NCBI GenBank assembly: GCA_963715985.1 | Contig: CAVQSP010000013.1 | Coordinates: forward strand, 352,001 to 416,000 | Direction of reading: 5' to 3' | Origin: an uncultured Thermoleophilia bacterium | Lineage (GTDB): Bacteria > Actinomycetota > Thermoleophilia > UBA2241 | DNA: 64,000 nt | In this document: positions 8,327 through 18,154 of the stretch, piece after piece | How positions within the stretch are numbered: the stretch's first letter is position 1 | Layout of the letters: each line of letters opens with the position of its first letter | The notes under the pieces: model-generated | Told to the model about the DNA's origin: nothing | Seen by the model: only the letters and a program-made list of their open reading frames with translations | The model's database searches: none | Made by a program: the position numbers and the translations under genes

Positions 8327-9906
8327 ATGAGGAGAAGACTGATCGTGGCTGCCGTGGGCGCGGTGGCCCTCATCCTGCTGATGGCGGCGCCGGCGTTCGC
8401 CAGGCACGACGCGGCTTCGGCAGAGCCCTTCGGCTGGGATCTTCAGCTGCGCAACACCGTGTCGACGCAGTACGACGCCGACATGACGTACGCGGCCTTC
8501 ACCACCTGGGCCGCCGCCCACCAGGTGACGATCGTCGACACCAACAAGACCCCGAACGACACGAGCGACGACACCACGTACAAGGGCGTCGCGCTCAAGA
8601 CGCTGGTCGGCTACTTCGATGACCAGGACCCCGCCACGTTCAACGCGGCCCTGGCCACCGGCGGCTACAACGTCGTCGTCGCCGGGCATGGACGGGTTCA
8701 CCGCCACCTTCGCGAGCGCGGACGTCGCGAGCCTCGGCGACAAGGCCATCGTCGCCAACCTCGCCAACGACGCGCCGCTCCCGGTGCCGAAAGCGACGCT
8801 CAGCAACGGTGCGGCGAGCTGGAAGCCCAGCTGGCCACTCAAGGTCGTGAGCAACGAGTCCAGCGTGACCGGCAAGATGAAGCCCGGTGGCGTCGTGCGC
8901 GTGAGCATCGTGGCGGCGGTGGCGCCGGCGGCGTCCACCGAGCCGTTCGGATGGGACCTGCAGCTGCGTAACACCATGACCAAGAAGTACGGCGCCGACA
9001 TGACCTACAAGCAGTGGGCCGCATGGGCCGCCAAGGCCGGCCGCGCGGTGACCATCACCGACAGCACCGTACCGACCGCCACCATCGCCTACAAGGGCGT
9101 CGCCCTCAAGACCCTCGTCGGCTACTTCGACGACAAGGACCGCAGCACGTTCAGCAAGGCCCTGGCCAAGAAGGGCTACTACGTCACTATCCTCGGCATG
9201 GACGGCTTCTCCGAGACGTTCGCGGCCGCCGACATCGCCCAGCTCGGCAAGAAGGTGATCGTCGCGAGCCTGGGCAACGACGCCCCACTGCCCGTGCCCA
9301 AGCCGTTCATCAACAGCGACGGGCAGCCGCAATGGGTCCCGGACTGGCCGCTGCGCGTGGTCAGCAACGTCCCCGCCGTCGGCGTCGACACCAAGACGCA
9401 GGGGATCGTGCGCATCAGCATCGTGAAGAAGTCGCCGGCGGGCCTGGCCCCCTTTTGACGGGGGGCGAGCGACTCACCGGGGCGGCTGGACGCTGACGCT
9501 GCGCGGCAAGACGAAGAAGGTGCTGCCCTGGGCCAAGGTGCCGGCGAAGGTCGCCTGGCACGGCGAGAAGGCCGGCAACATCAACCCGTCGCTGCGCTAC
9601 GTGTACCGAGGCCAGACGCTGTACAAGCTGGTCGGCCTCGTCGACGGCGGCGGAAGCTCGTTCAACGTCGCCCGGGCGAAGAAGGGCTACACGATCCAGT
9701 TCGTCTGCCGGGACGGCTACAAGCCCAAGATCCCGAGCAAGTGGATCGTCGGCAAGAAGACGTGGGTCGTGGCCAAGCTGAAGTCCGGCAAGCCGCTGGA
9801 GGGTGACGAAGCACCGTTCCGCTTCGTCGGCGGCAAGCCGATCACGCAGCCGTTCAACAACAAGCTGTCGGCCTACGGGGTCGTCGAGATCCGGCTCATC
9901 TTCTGA
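8327..9906 (+). CDS. Exported protein with three molybdopterin-oxidoreductase-like repeats (frameshifts ~8685 and ~9455)
   Basis: Signal peptide APAFA; two close repeats EPFGWDLQLRNT..YKGVALKTLVGYFDD..GY.V...GMDGF..WPL.VVSN; third divergent repeat WTLTLRG..YRGQTLYKLVGLVD..KGY..DGY open upstream of 9520. Confidence 0.65.
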
Positions 9907-10043
9907 GCCGTGCGGACCCGGCTCACACGGCGCGGCGGGGGTCTCTCGCCCAGTCTCCCCGCCGCGCCGCCGCCGGGTCAGGGCGTGGCCACGACGCCGC
10001 GCCCCCCGCGAGGACGCCCCATGGGGCGACGGAGGGAGAAGCA

Positions 10044-11084
10044 ATGAAGAGGACGAGCATGTGGGCAGGCCTCGTGGCCGCCGTGGTGGCCGCAGCGGTC
10101 GTGCTGGCCGGCGTGGCGGTGCCGGGCGGCACGCCGCAGGCGGCTGCCGCCGACCCGGTGGTGCTCACAGTCACCGGCAACGGCCAGACGAAGACCTTCA
10201 CCATGGCGGAGCTCCAGGCGCTCCCCGCCTATACGGGGTGGTCAGGCTACGTGAACAGCGCCGGCACGGTCACGCCGCCCTGGCCCGTCAAGGGTGTCAA
10301 GGTGACCGACCTTCTGGCGACCGTGGGCGGCATCCCCGAGCTGCAGTCCGTGGACGTGACGGCCAGCGACGACTACGGCATGACCTTGACGTACGACGAA
10401 GCCGTCAACGGCAACATCACCGTCTACGACGCGACGACCAAGAAGGAGGAGCAGCCCGAAGCTCCCGTGTCGATGGTGCTCGTGTACGAGGAGAGCGGGG
10501 CCCCCATCGCGCCGTCGCCCGCGGGTGACGGCCCCTTGCGCCTCGCGGTCTGCCAGCCCACGAACGTCAACCAAATCGCGGACGGGCACCTGTTCGTCAA
10601 GTGGGTCGACCGCATCGGCCTGCGCGACGCCGTCGTGCCGTGGGACGTCAAGATGTACGGTCTCAAGGACAAGAGGGGCAAGCGGCAGACCTACACGCTG
10701 GATCGCAAGACGTACGATTCCTGTGCGACGCCCGGGTGTCACGGCTCCGCCTGGACCGACCCGGCGACGCAGAAGACGTGGACCGGCGTGCCCCTCTTCC
10801 TCTGCATCGGCAAGGTGGACGGCGGCAAGGGTCACGGCGGCTACGGCGCCTACAACGAGGCGCTGGCGCTCAAGGGCTACCGGATCAAGCTCACGTCGGC
10901 GACCGGGGCGACGGCGATCATCGGCTCGCGCACCATCCGCAACGACGACAGGATAGTCCTCGCAAACAAGCTGATGGGTTCTGAGCTGGGACCGGACTAC
11001 TACCCGCTGAGGCTGATGGGGCCGAAGATCGGCAGCAAGAGCTTCGTCGGCCAGATCACCAAGATCCAGCTGTTGCCCAAGTGA
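10044..11084 (+). CDS. Exported protein with two molybdopterin-oxidoreductase-like domains and CX4CH motif
   Basis: Signal peptide; LTVTG..FTMAELQALP..KGV...DLL..V.ASDDY..GPLRL..VKWV; second domain CATPGCHG..WTGVPL..YPLRL. Confidence 0.75.
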   Translation: MKRTSMWAGLVAAVVAAAVVLAGVAVPGGTPQAAAADPVVLTVTGNGQTKTFTMAELQALPAYTGWSGYVNSAGTVTPPWPVKGVKVTDLLATVGGIPELQSVDVTASDDYGMTLTYDEAVNGNITVYDATTKKEEQPEAPVSMVLVYEESGAPIAPSPAGDGPLRLAVCQPTNVNQIADGHLFVKWVDRIGLRDAVVPWDVKMYGLKDKRGKRQTYTLDRKTYDSCATPGCHGSAWTDPATQKTWTGVPLFLCIGKVDGGKGHGGYGAYNEALALKGYRIKLTSATGATAIIGSRTIRNDDRIVLANKLMGSELGPDYYPLRLMGPKIGSKSFVGQITKIQLLPK

Positions 11085-11151
11085 GCGCGCCGTCGGCAAG
11101 CCTGGAGGCGGAGCGCCCGCGGGTGCGTCGTGCCACGCGGGGGGTCGCACC

Positions 11152-12172
11152 GTGAGGTCCCGGGTCCTCACGGTGACCGCGTGGCTGTTCGCGCTCGCCG
11201 GGCTGGCCGCCCTGGCCGCCTGCGGCGGCCAGGGCGGCTCCTCCGGATCGCCGTCCCCATCCGTCAGCCCCTCAGGCCCCGTCGTGCTCACAGTCGTGGG
11301 TGAGAAGGGCCAGAAGCAGTTCACGATGAACGAGCTCCAGGCGCTCCCGGCCTACACCGGCTACGCGGGGTTCAAGAGCAGCACCGGCGTCATCACGCTG
11401 CCCGAGGAGTACACCGGCGTCTCGTTGATCTCCCTCGCCGACCTGGTCGGTGGCATCAGCAAGGCGAACGGCGTGACCATCGTGGCCAAGGACGGCTACG
11501 GCATGACGTTCTCGTACGGGCAGATCGTGGACCACACCTTCACGGCCTACGACCCCGCCACCGGGGACGAGGTGACGCCGTCCAAGGACCTCACCGTCAT
11601 CGTCGCCTACGACCGCAAGAGCAAGCCCCTGGGGGAGGACGAAGGGCCTCTGCGTCTTGATGGTCGCGACGCCGGACCCGGGCGGACAGATCGTGGACGG
11701 CCACTGGACGGTCAAGTGGCTCGACCGCGTCTCGGTGACCAAGGCGTCGGCGGAGTGGAAGGTCCAGCTCGAGGGGGTCATCCCGGGCAAGCTGGACAAA
11801 CCCAGCTACGTCAACTGCGCTTCCCCGGGCTGCCATGGCTCGGGATGGGTGGATAGCGCCGGCACGCGCTGGGAGGGCATCCCGCTGTATCTGGTGGCCG
11901 GGATGCTGGACGACAAGCAGAAGCACGGCGCCGGGGCGTACAACGAGAAGCTGGCGCGCAAGGGCTACGACATCCTCATCGAGACCGCCGACGGCAAGGT
12001 GGTCACCATCGACTCGCGCGACATCGCCGGCAAGGACGACGTGGTCCTTGCCGGGAAGGTGGACGGCGGCGAGCTCTCCGAGGACTACTTCCCGCTGCGG
12101 CTCGTGGGCCCGGGCCTGAGCGAGGACCAGATGCCCGGGCGCATCGCGCGCATCGTCGTGCGGCCGAGGTAG
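11152..12172 (+). CDS. Lipoprotein paralog of 10044 with two domains and CX4CH motif (frameshift ~11657)
   Basis: Lipobox LAAC; FTMNELQALPAYTG shared with 10044; CASPGCHG..WEGIPL..YFPLRL in the shifted frame. Confidence 0.75.
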
Positions 12173-12182
12173 GAGGCGCCGC

Positions 12183-13295
12183 GTGGCCGGAGGCTGGCGC
12201 TCGCGCAGACCATGGGGCCGGCGTGCACGGATCTGCGGCGTTGCGGCGGCGCTCCTCGCCGCGCTGGCGCTCGCCGTGGCGGCGCCGGCCTGCGGCGGCG
12301 ACCACCGGCAGGTGAGGATCATCGAGGCCGGCAGTCTCATCGTGCCGTTCGCCGACGTCGCCGCTGCCTTCGAGCGCGAGCACCCCGGCGTGGAGGTCGT
12401 CACCGAGAGCCACGGCAGCATCCAGGTGCTGCGTCACATCTCGGAGCTCGGCGACCGCATGGACCTGGCGGCGAGCGCCGACGAGCTGCTCATCCCGCCG
12501 CTGCTCTACGACCGCGACGACCCGGACACCGGTGCGCCCTTCGCCTCCTGGTACTGCTCCTTCGCGACCAACCGCATGGTGCTGGCGGTCTCGCCCGAGA
12601 GCCCTTTGGCCGGCGAGCTCACAGCGGAGAACTGGTACCGGCGCCTGACTGAGCCGGACGTGCGCTTCGGCCTCGCCGACCCGCGCTTCGACGCGGCCGG
12701 CTACCGTGCGCTGATGGTGCTGCAGCTGGCGGAGCGGGCCTACGACGACCCGTACCTCTTCGAGGATCTGCTGATGGGCAAGTTCACGGCGCCGATCACG
12801 GTGGAGCGACGGGGCCGCACCCAGGTCATCGAGGTGCCGGAGATCCTGGAGACCAGCTCCGGGTCGAACGTCCTGCTGCGCGGGGCCAGTATCCAGCTGG
12901 TGGCACTGCTCGAGTCGGGCGACCTGGACTGCGCCTTCGAGTACGAGAGCGTCGCCCGCCAGCACGGACTCGAGTTCGTGGAGCTGCCGGGGTCCGTCGA
13001 CCTCGGCGATCCGGCGCAGCGAAGCGTCTACCGGACGGTCGAGGTCAAGCTCGACTTCCGCCGCTTCGCCAGCGTGCGGCCGGTGTTCCGCGGGGACGTC
13101 ATCCGCTACGCCTTCACCATCCCCGCGAACGCACCGGACCCTGCCCTGGCGGCGGAGTTCGCCGCCTTCCTGCTCGGCCCCGAGGGACGCCGGATCATGC
13201 TCGCCGACCACCAGCCACTTCTCACCCCGCCGGAGCTCGACCACCCGGCGGCCGCGCCCGAGGAGGTGAGGCGGGCGTGCGCGGGGTCCCGGTGA
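12183..13295 (+). CDS. wtpA: Tungstate/molybdate ABC substrate-binding lipoprotein, WtpA family
   Basis: AGSL..PF, GSI...RHISELG, ASAD, DP..D.AGYR, FEYESVARQH. Confidence 0.88.
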   Translation: MAGGWRSRRPWGRRARICGVAAALLAALALAVAAPACGGDHRQVRIIEAGSLIVPFADVAAAFEREHPGVEVVTESHGSIQVLRHISELGDRMDLAASADELLIPPLLYDRDDPDTGAPFASWYCSFATNRMVLAVSPESPLAGELTAENWYRRLTEPDVRFGLADPRFDAAGYRALMVLQLAERAYDDPYLFEDLLMGKFTAPITVERRGRTQVIEVPEILETSSGSNVLLRGASIQLVALLESGDLDCAFEYESVARQHGLEFVELPGSVDLGDPAQRSVYRTVEVKLDFRRFASVRPVFRGDVIRYAFTIPANAPDPALAAEFAAFLLGPEGRRIMLADHQPLLTPPELDHPAAAPEEVRRACAGSR

Positions 13296-14170
13296 GCGTT
13301 CTCAGGGATCACAGGCACCCCCTTCGTTTCCGGGCCCCGCGCACGCCCGCCCCGCCGGCACTGATGCTGGGCCGGCGTCCATCGCGGTTCTGGGCGCTCT
13401 GCGCCGTCGCCGGCGCGCTGCTCATCGCCTTCGTTGTGCTGCCGGCGGCGAGCATGATCGTGGGCGCCGGGGCCGGCCTGCTCGGCGAGGCGCTCCGCCA
13501 GGACGACGTGCGGCGCTCGCTGTGGCTGACGGTGAGCGCCGCCGCCATCGCCACGGCCATCGCCTTCGTCGTCGGCGTGCCGCTCGCCTACCTTCTGGCG
13601 CGCCGTGACTTCCCCGGCAAGCGGGTCGTGGAGGGCATCATCGACCTGCCGATCGTGTTCCCTCACACCGCCGCCGGCGTCGCCCTGCTCACCGTGTACG
13701 GGCGCGAGGGCATCGTGGGGCGCGCGCTGGCGCCGCTCGGCATCACCTTCACCGACACGGTGGCCGGCATCGTGCTGGCCATGCTGTTCGTGAGCCTGCC
13801 CTTCCTCGTGGACACCGCCCGCGAGACCTTCGCCCTCGTCGACGAGCGGTACGAGCACGTGGCCCGCACGCTCGGCTCGTCGCGCGGCGGCGCCTTCGTG
13901 CGCGTCACGTTCCCCCAGGCCTGGCGCGGCGTGCTGTCGGGCGCCGTGCTCATGTGGGGCCGCGGCATCAGCGAGTTCGGCGCCGTCGTGATCCTCGCCT
14001 ACAACCCCAAGGTCATCTCCGTGCTGACCTTCGAGCGCTTCGAGGGCTTCGGGCTGCGGGCGGCGCAGCCGCCCGCCGTGCTCATCGTCATCGTCGCCTT
14101 CCTCGTGTTCCTGGTGCTGCGCGCCGTCCTGCTGCCGCGTCGCGGCCGCTCCCGTAAGGACGTCGTGTGA
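13292..14170 (+). CDS. wtpB: ABC permease, WtpB/ModB family
   Basis: DLPIVFPHTAAG, ARTLG, SEFGAVVILAYNPK. Confidence 0.88.
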   Translation: MSVLRDHRHPLRFRAPRTPAPPALMLGRRPSRFWALCAVAGALLIAFVVLPAASMIVGAGAGLLGEALRQDDVRRSLWLTVSAAAIATAIAFVVGVPLAYLLARRDFPGKRVVEGIIDLPIVFPHTAAGVALLTVYGREGIVGRALAPLGITFTDTVAGIVLAMLFVSLPFLVDTARETFALVDERYEHVARTLGSSRGGAFVRVTFPQAWRGVLSGAVLMWGRGISEFGAVVILAYNPKVISVLTFERFEGFGLRAAQPPAVLIVIVAFLVFLVLRAVLLPRRGRSRKDVV

Positions 14171-15230
14171 TCGGGCTGCGACAGCTCGAGGTGGAGGCCG
14201 GGGGGTTCCGCGTGGGGCCGCTCGACCTGGAGGTGGCCGACGGCGCGTACGCCGTGCTGCTGGGGCCGAGCGGCGCCGGCAAGTCGCTGGTGCTGGAGGC
14301 GCTCGCCGGGGTCCGTGTCGCAGCGGCGGGCCGGATGGTGGTGGACGGCGACGACGTCTCACGGCTGCCGCCGGAGCGGCGCCGCGTGGGCCTGGTGTTC
14401 CAGGACGGGCTCCTCTTCCCGCACCTCGACGTGGCCGGCAACGTGGCCTACGGCCTCCGCGCGGAGGGCGGCAGTGGACGGCGCGGCCGCGAGGACGGCG
14501 TGCGTGAGCTCGCCGCGAGCGTGGGCGTGGAGCAGCTGCTGAAGCGACGCCCCGACACGCTGTCGGGCGGCGAGCGCCAGCGCGTCGCCCTGGCGCGCGC
14601 GCTGGCGGCGCGGCCGCGCGCCCTGCTGCTCGACGAGCCGCTCAGCGCCGTGGACGTCGAGGCACGCGAGGACCTCCAGGACATGCTGCGCGCGGTCAGC
14701 CGCGACCGCGGCCTCACCGTGCTGCACGTCACGCACGACCGCGCCGAGGCTTTCGCGCTCGCCGACGTGTGCGCCGTCCTCGTCGACGGCCGCCTGCGCC
14801 AGGTGGGCCGGCCGCAGGACGTGCTGCGGCGGCCGGCCGACGACGCCGTGGCCCGCTTCCTCGGTGCGCGCAACGTGCTGCGCGCCGCCCGTGACCCGGG
14901 CGACGCGTCTCTGGCGCGCGCCGGCGGAAGGCCTCTCGCTGCGCGTCGCCGATGCCTCTTCCGGACGCGGCCGTGGACGTCGTGGTCCGGCCGGAGGACG
15001 TGGAGTGCTGGCCGGCCGGCGGAGCTCCGCCGGCGGCCGTCAACGTGGTCCCGGCGACCGTGGTCCGGCTCGTACTGCAAGGGGGGCACGTGCTCGTCGG
15101 CACGGAGGCACCGGCGCCGCTGGACGCGCTGCTCACCGCGCGCCGCGCGGACGAGCTCGGCCTGCGGCTCGGCGCCCGCGTCGACCTCACGCTCGAGCCC
15201 GAGCGCTTGCACGTCATCCCCTCCGGCTGA
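14167..15230 (+). CDS. wtpC: ABC ATPase WtpC with TOBE domain (frameshift ~14920)
   Basis: GPSGAGKS, LSGGERQR, LLLDEP, HVTHD; TOBE tail in ORF 14952-15230. Confidence 0.85.
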
Positions 15231-15360
15231 CCGTTCGAGGCAATCTCCTTGCGGCCCCCAGTGTCCCGATGGCCGCGCGCCACCGTTTGCGGAACGTGGC
15301 CCGGGGAATGTGAGACGCGACGGGCCGCAACGGGCGGCGATCTGAGCGGGGGAGGGACCG

Positions 15361-15564
15361 ATGGCACTCAGCGCGCGCAACCAGCTGCCGGGCACGGTGA
15401 AGAGTGTCGTGCTCGGCGCCGTGATGGCGGAGGTCGTCATCGACGTCGCGGGGCACGAGGTGGTCTCTGTCATCACGCGCCACGCCGTCGAGCGGCTGGG
15501 GCTCACGGCCGGCGACGAGGTCAAGGCCGTGATCAAGTCCACCGAGGTCATGATCGAGAAATGA
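15361..15564 (+). CDS. Mop/molbindin (TOBE) molybdate/tungstate-binding protein
   Basis: SARNQLPGTV..SVIT..L.L..GD.V.AVIKS. Confidence 0.92.
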   Translation: MALSARNQLPGTVKSVVLGAVMAEVVIDVAGHEVVSVITRHAVERLGLTAGDEVKAVIKSTEVMIEK

Positions 15565-15655
15565 CGCGCGGCCCCGCGGGCGGTAGACTGGTCCACACCC
15601 GAGTACCAGCTCCCGGCGGTGCAGTCCGCCGGCCGTCCGAGGAAGACCGAACCGC

Positions 15656-16621
15656 GTGAACGCCATCCCCGACAGGACGCAGGGAAGGGTCGATTACCTG
15701 CGCCTCTCCATCACCGACCGCTGCAACCTGCGCTGCACGTACTGCATGCCGCCCGAAGGCGTGCCGGCGCGGTCGCACGCCGACATCCTCAGCTACGAGG
15801 AGATGGCGGCGTTCACACGCGTGGCGGCCGCCTGCGGCATCAGCAAGGTGCGTATCACCGGCGGCGAGCCGCTGGTGCGGCACGGCTGCGCCGACCTCGT
15901 GGCGCTGCTGGCGCGCACGGGCGGCATCGAGGACATCTCGCTGACCACCAACGGCCTGCTGCTGCCGCGGTACGCGGACGACCTGCGCGCGGCCGGCCTG
16001 CACCGTGTGAACATCAGCATCGACAGCCTGGACGAGCGGCGCTTCGCCGCGGTCACGCGAGGCGGCCGGCTGGACGACGCGCTCGCCGGCCTGGACGCCG
16101 CCTTCGACGCGGGGTTCGCGCCGGTCAAGGTCAATACACTGCTGCTCGAGGGCGTCGAGGACGAGCTGCCCGCCTTCGTGGAGCTCACGCGACGGCGCGA
16201 GGTGCACGTGCGCTTCATCGAGTTCATGCCGCTGGACCGGCGCCTGGGCGGCAGCGGACGCCTGGTGCCCGCTCCCGCCGTGCTGCAGCGCCTGCGCGAG
16301 CTGTACGAGCTGGAGCCGCACGAAGGACCGTTCGGGCACGGGCCGGCGCAGTACTGGCACGTGCCCGGGGCACCGGGCACCATCGGCTTCATCGCCGGGG
16401 TCTCCGAGCACTTCTGCGAGAGCTGCAACCGCCTGCGGCTCACCGCCGACGGGCGCCTGCGCACCTGTCTGTTCTCGGGCGAGGAGATGGCCGTGCGGCC
16501 GCTCATCGCCCGTCCGCACGACCTGCGCGAGGCCATCCTCGCGGCGGTCTCGGGCAAGAGCTTCGACCGCTGCGTGGAGCAGCGCGCCAACGAGCGCGCC
16601 ATGTCGCAGATCGGCGGCTGA
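15656..16621 (+). CDS. moaA: GTP 3',8-cyclase
   Basis: [20 protein letters not shown]-terminal MSQIGG. Confidence 0.96.
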   Translation: MNAIPDRTQGRVDYLRLSITDRCNLRCTYCMPPEGVPARSHADILSYEEMAAFTRVAAACGISKVRITGGEPLVRHGCADLVALLARTGGIEDISLTTNGLLLPRYADDLRAAGLHRVNISIDSLDERRFAAVTRGGRLDDALAGLDAAFDAGFAPVKVNTLLLEGVEDELPAFVELTRRREVHVRFIEFMPLDRRLGGSGRLVPAPAVLQRLRELYELEPHEGPFGHGPAQYWHVPGAPGTIGFIAGVSEHFCESCNRLRLTADGRLRTCLFSGEEMAVRPLIARPHDLREAILAAVSGKSFDRCVEQRANERAMSQIGG

Positions 16622-16628
16622 GGCCGGC

Positions 16629-17144
16629 ATGACGACACCCGGCAGGGACGACCTCAGCCACCTCGACGAGCGCGGGCGCGCGCGCATGGTGGACGTGGGC
16701 GGCAAGGACGAGACCGAGCGCGTAGCGTGCGCCGAAGCGCTCGTCGTCATGGCCCCGGCCACCCTCCGGCTCATCGCCGACGGCGCCGTGCCCAAGGGCG
16801 ACGTGTTCGCCACGGCGCGCCTGGCCGGCATCATGGCCGCCAAGCGCACGCACGAGCTCATCCCTCTCTGCCACCAGCTGAACCTCACCGCCGTGCACGT
16901 GGAGATCGAGGCGGATCCGGACCTGCCCGGCCTGCGCGTGACCACCGAGGCACGGCTCCGCGGCCGCACCGGCGTGGAGATGGAGGCGCTGGTGGCGGCC
17001 TCAGTGGCCGCTCTCACCGTGTACGACATGTGCAAGGCCGTGGACAGGGGCATGGAGCTGCGCGCCGTCCGGCTGCTGGCCAAGAGCGGCGGCCGCAGCG
17101 GCACCTGGCAGCGGGCGGACGGCGACGAGAAGAGCGAGGACTGA
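16629..17144 (+). CDS. moaC: Cyclic pyranopterin monophosphate synthase
   Basis: [24 protein letters not shown]. Confidence 0.96.
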   Translation: MTTPGRDDLSHLDERGRARMVDVGGKDETERVACAEALVVMAPATLRLIADGAVPKGDVFATARLAGIMAAKRTHELIPLCHQLNLTAVHVEIEADPDLPGLRVTTEARLRGRTGVEMEALVAASVAALTVYDMCKAVDRGMELRAVRLLAKSGGRSGTWQRADGDEKSED

Positions 17145-17146
17145 CG

Positions 17147-18115
17147 ATGACCGACTACAAGGTGGACGGGTACATCGTCTCCGTCAACGTGGCCGACTCC
17201 AAAGGCGTGCGCAAGGACCCGGTGGAGTCCATCACGCTGGTCGTGGACCACGGCGTGGAGGGCGATGCGCACGCCGGCCCGTGGCACCGCCAGGTGAGCC
17301 TGCTCGCGCAGGAGAGCATCGACAAGATGCTCGCCGCCTGCCCCAGCGTCGATCCGGGCGCCTTCGGCGAGAACATCACGACTCGCGGCATCGTGCCCTA
17401 CGAACTGCCCGTCGGGGCCCGCTTCTACGCCGGTGAGACACTGCTGGAGGTGACGCAGATCGGCAAGGAGTGCCACGACCGCTGCGCCATCTTCCACCAG
17501 GCCGGCGACTGCGTGATGCCGCGGGAGGGCATCTTCGCCAGGGTGATCGAGGGCGGCGAGATCTACCCCGGCAACGGCATCGTCTTCCTTCAGGCGAGCC
17601 TCATCGTGGCGGCCGTGCTCACCATCAGCGACAAGGGCTCGCGCGGAGAGCGCGAAGACACCAGCGGCGACGCCCTCGAGGAGGCGCTCAAGGCTCTCGG
17701 CGTCGCCTCGGTGGAGCGCGCCGTGGTCCCCGACGAGCAGGACCTCATCGCCGGGGAGCTCAGGCGCTGGGCCGACGAGACCGCGGTCAACCTGATCCTC
17801 ACCACCGGGGGCACCGGCATGACCACCCGCGACGTGACGCCGGAGGCCACGATGACGGTGCTCGAGCGCCAGGCGCCCGGGTTCGCCGAGGCCATGCGCG
17901 CCGGCTCGCTGGCGGTCACGCCCCACGCCATGATCTCGCGCGCCGTGAGCGGCACACGCGGGCGCACGCTCATCATCAACATGCCGGGCAGCCCCGGCGC
18001 CTGCCGTGACCAGTTCAAGATCATCGCCCCGGCCCTGCCGCACGCGGTGGAGAAGCTGGCCGACCGGGGCGGCGACTGCGCTCCGGCCCCGCCGCCGCGC
18101 GTTTCGCAGAGCTGA
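17147..18115 (+). CDS. MOSC-domain / MogA-MoaB fusion protein
   Basis: N-terminal GDAHAG..RQVSLL..FGEN..ECH..C..MPREG (MOSC); C-terminal TISD..D.SG, TTGGTG..RDVTPEA, NMPGS (MogA). Confidence 0.9.
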   Translation: MTDYKVDGYIVSVNVADSKGVRKDPVESITLVVDHGVEGDAHAGPWHRQVSLLAQESIDKMLAACPSVDPGAFGENITTRGIVPYELPVGARFYAGETLLEVTQIGKECHDRCAIFHQAGDCVMPREGIFARVIEGGEIYPGNGIVFLQASLIVAAVLTISDKGSRGEREDTSGDALEEALKALGVASVERAVVPDEQDLIAGELRRWADETAVNLILTTGGTGMTTRDVTPEATMTVLERQAPGFAEAMRAGSLAVTPHAMISRAVSGTRGRTLIINMPGSPGACRDQFKIIAPALPHAVEKLADRGGDCAPAPPPRVSQS

Positions 18116-18154
18116 GGCTCGCCGGCGCCGGGCCGGCGGGGCTCGCAGGTGCTT

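Noticed and set aside
15565-15655. Possible fourth riboswitch upstream of moaA
   Set aside because: Only a -10 (TAGACT) and a short hairpin; none of the conserved aptamer motifs
15548-18043. Long antisense ORFs (e.g. 831 aa here, 843 aa at 32415-34946, 1040 aa at 44508-47630)
   Set aside because: Shadow frames of high-GC genes on the opposite strand; only the 3' part of 44508-47630 (UDG) is real
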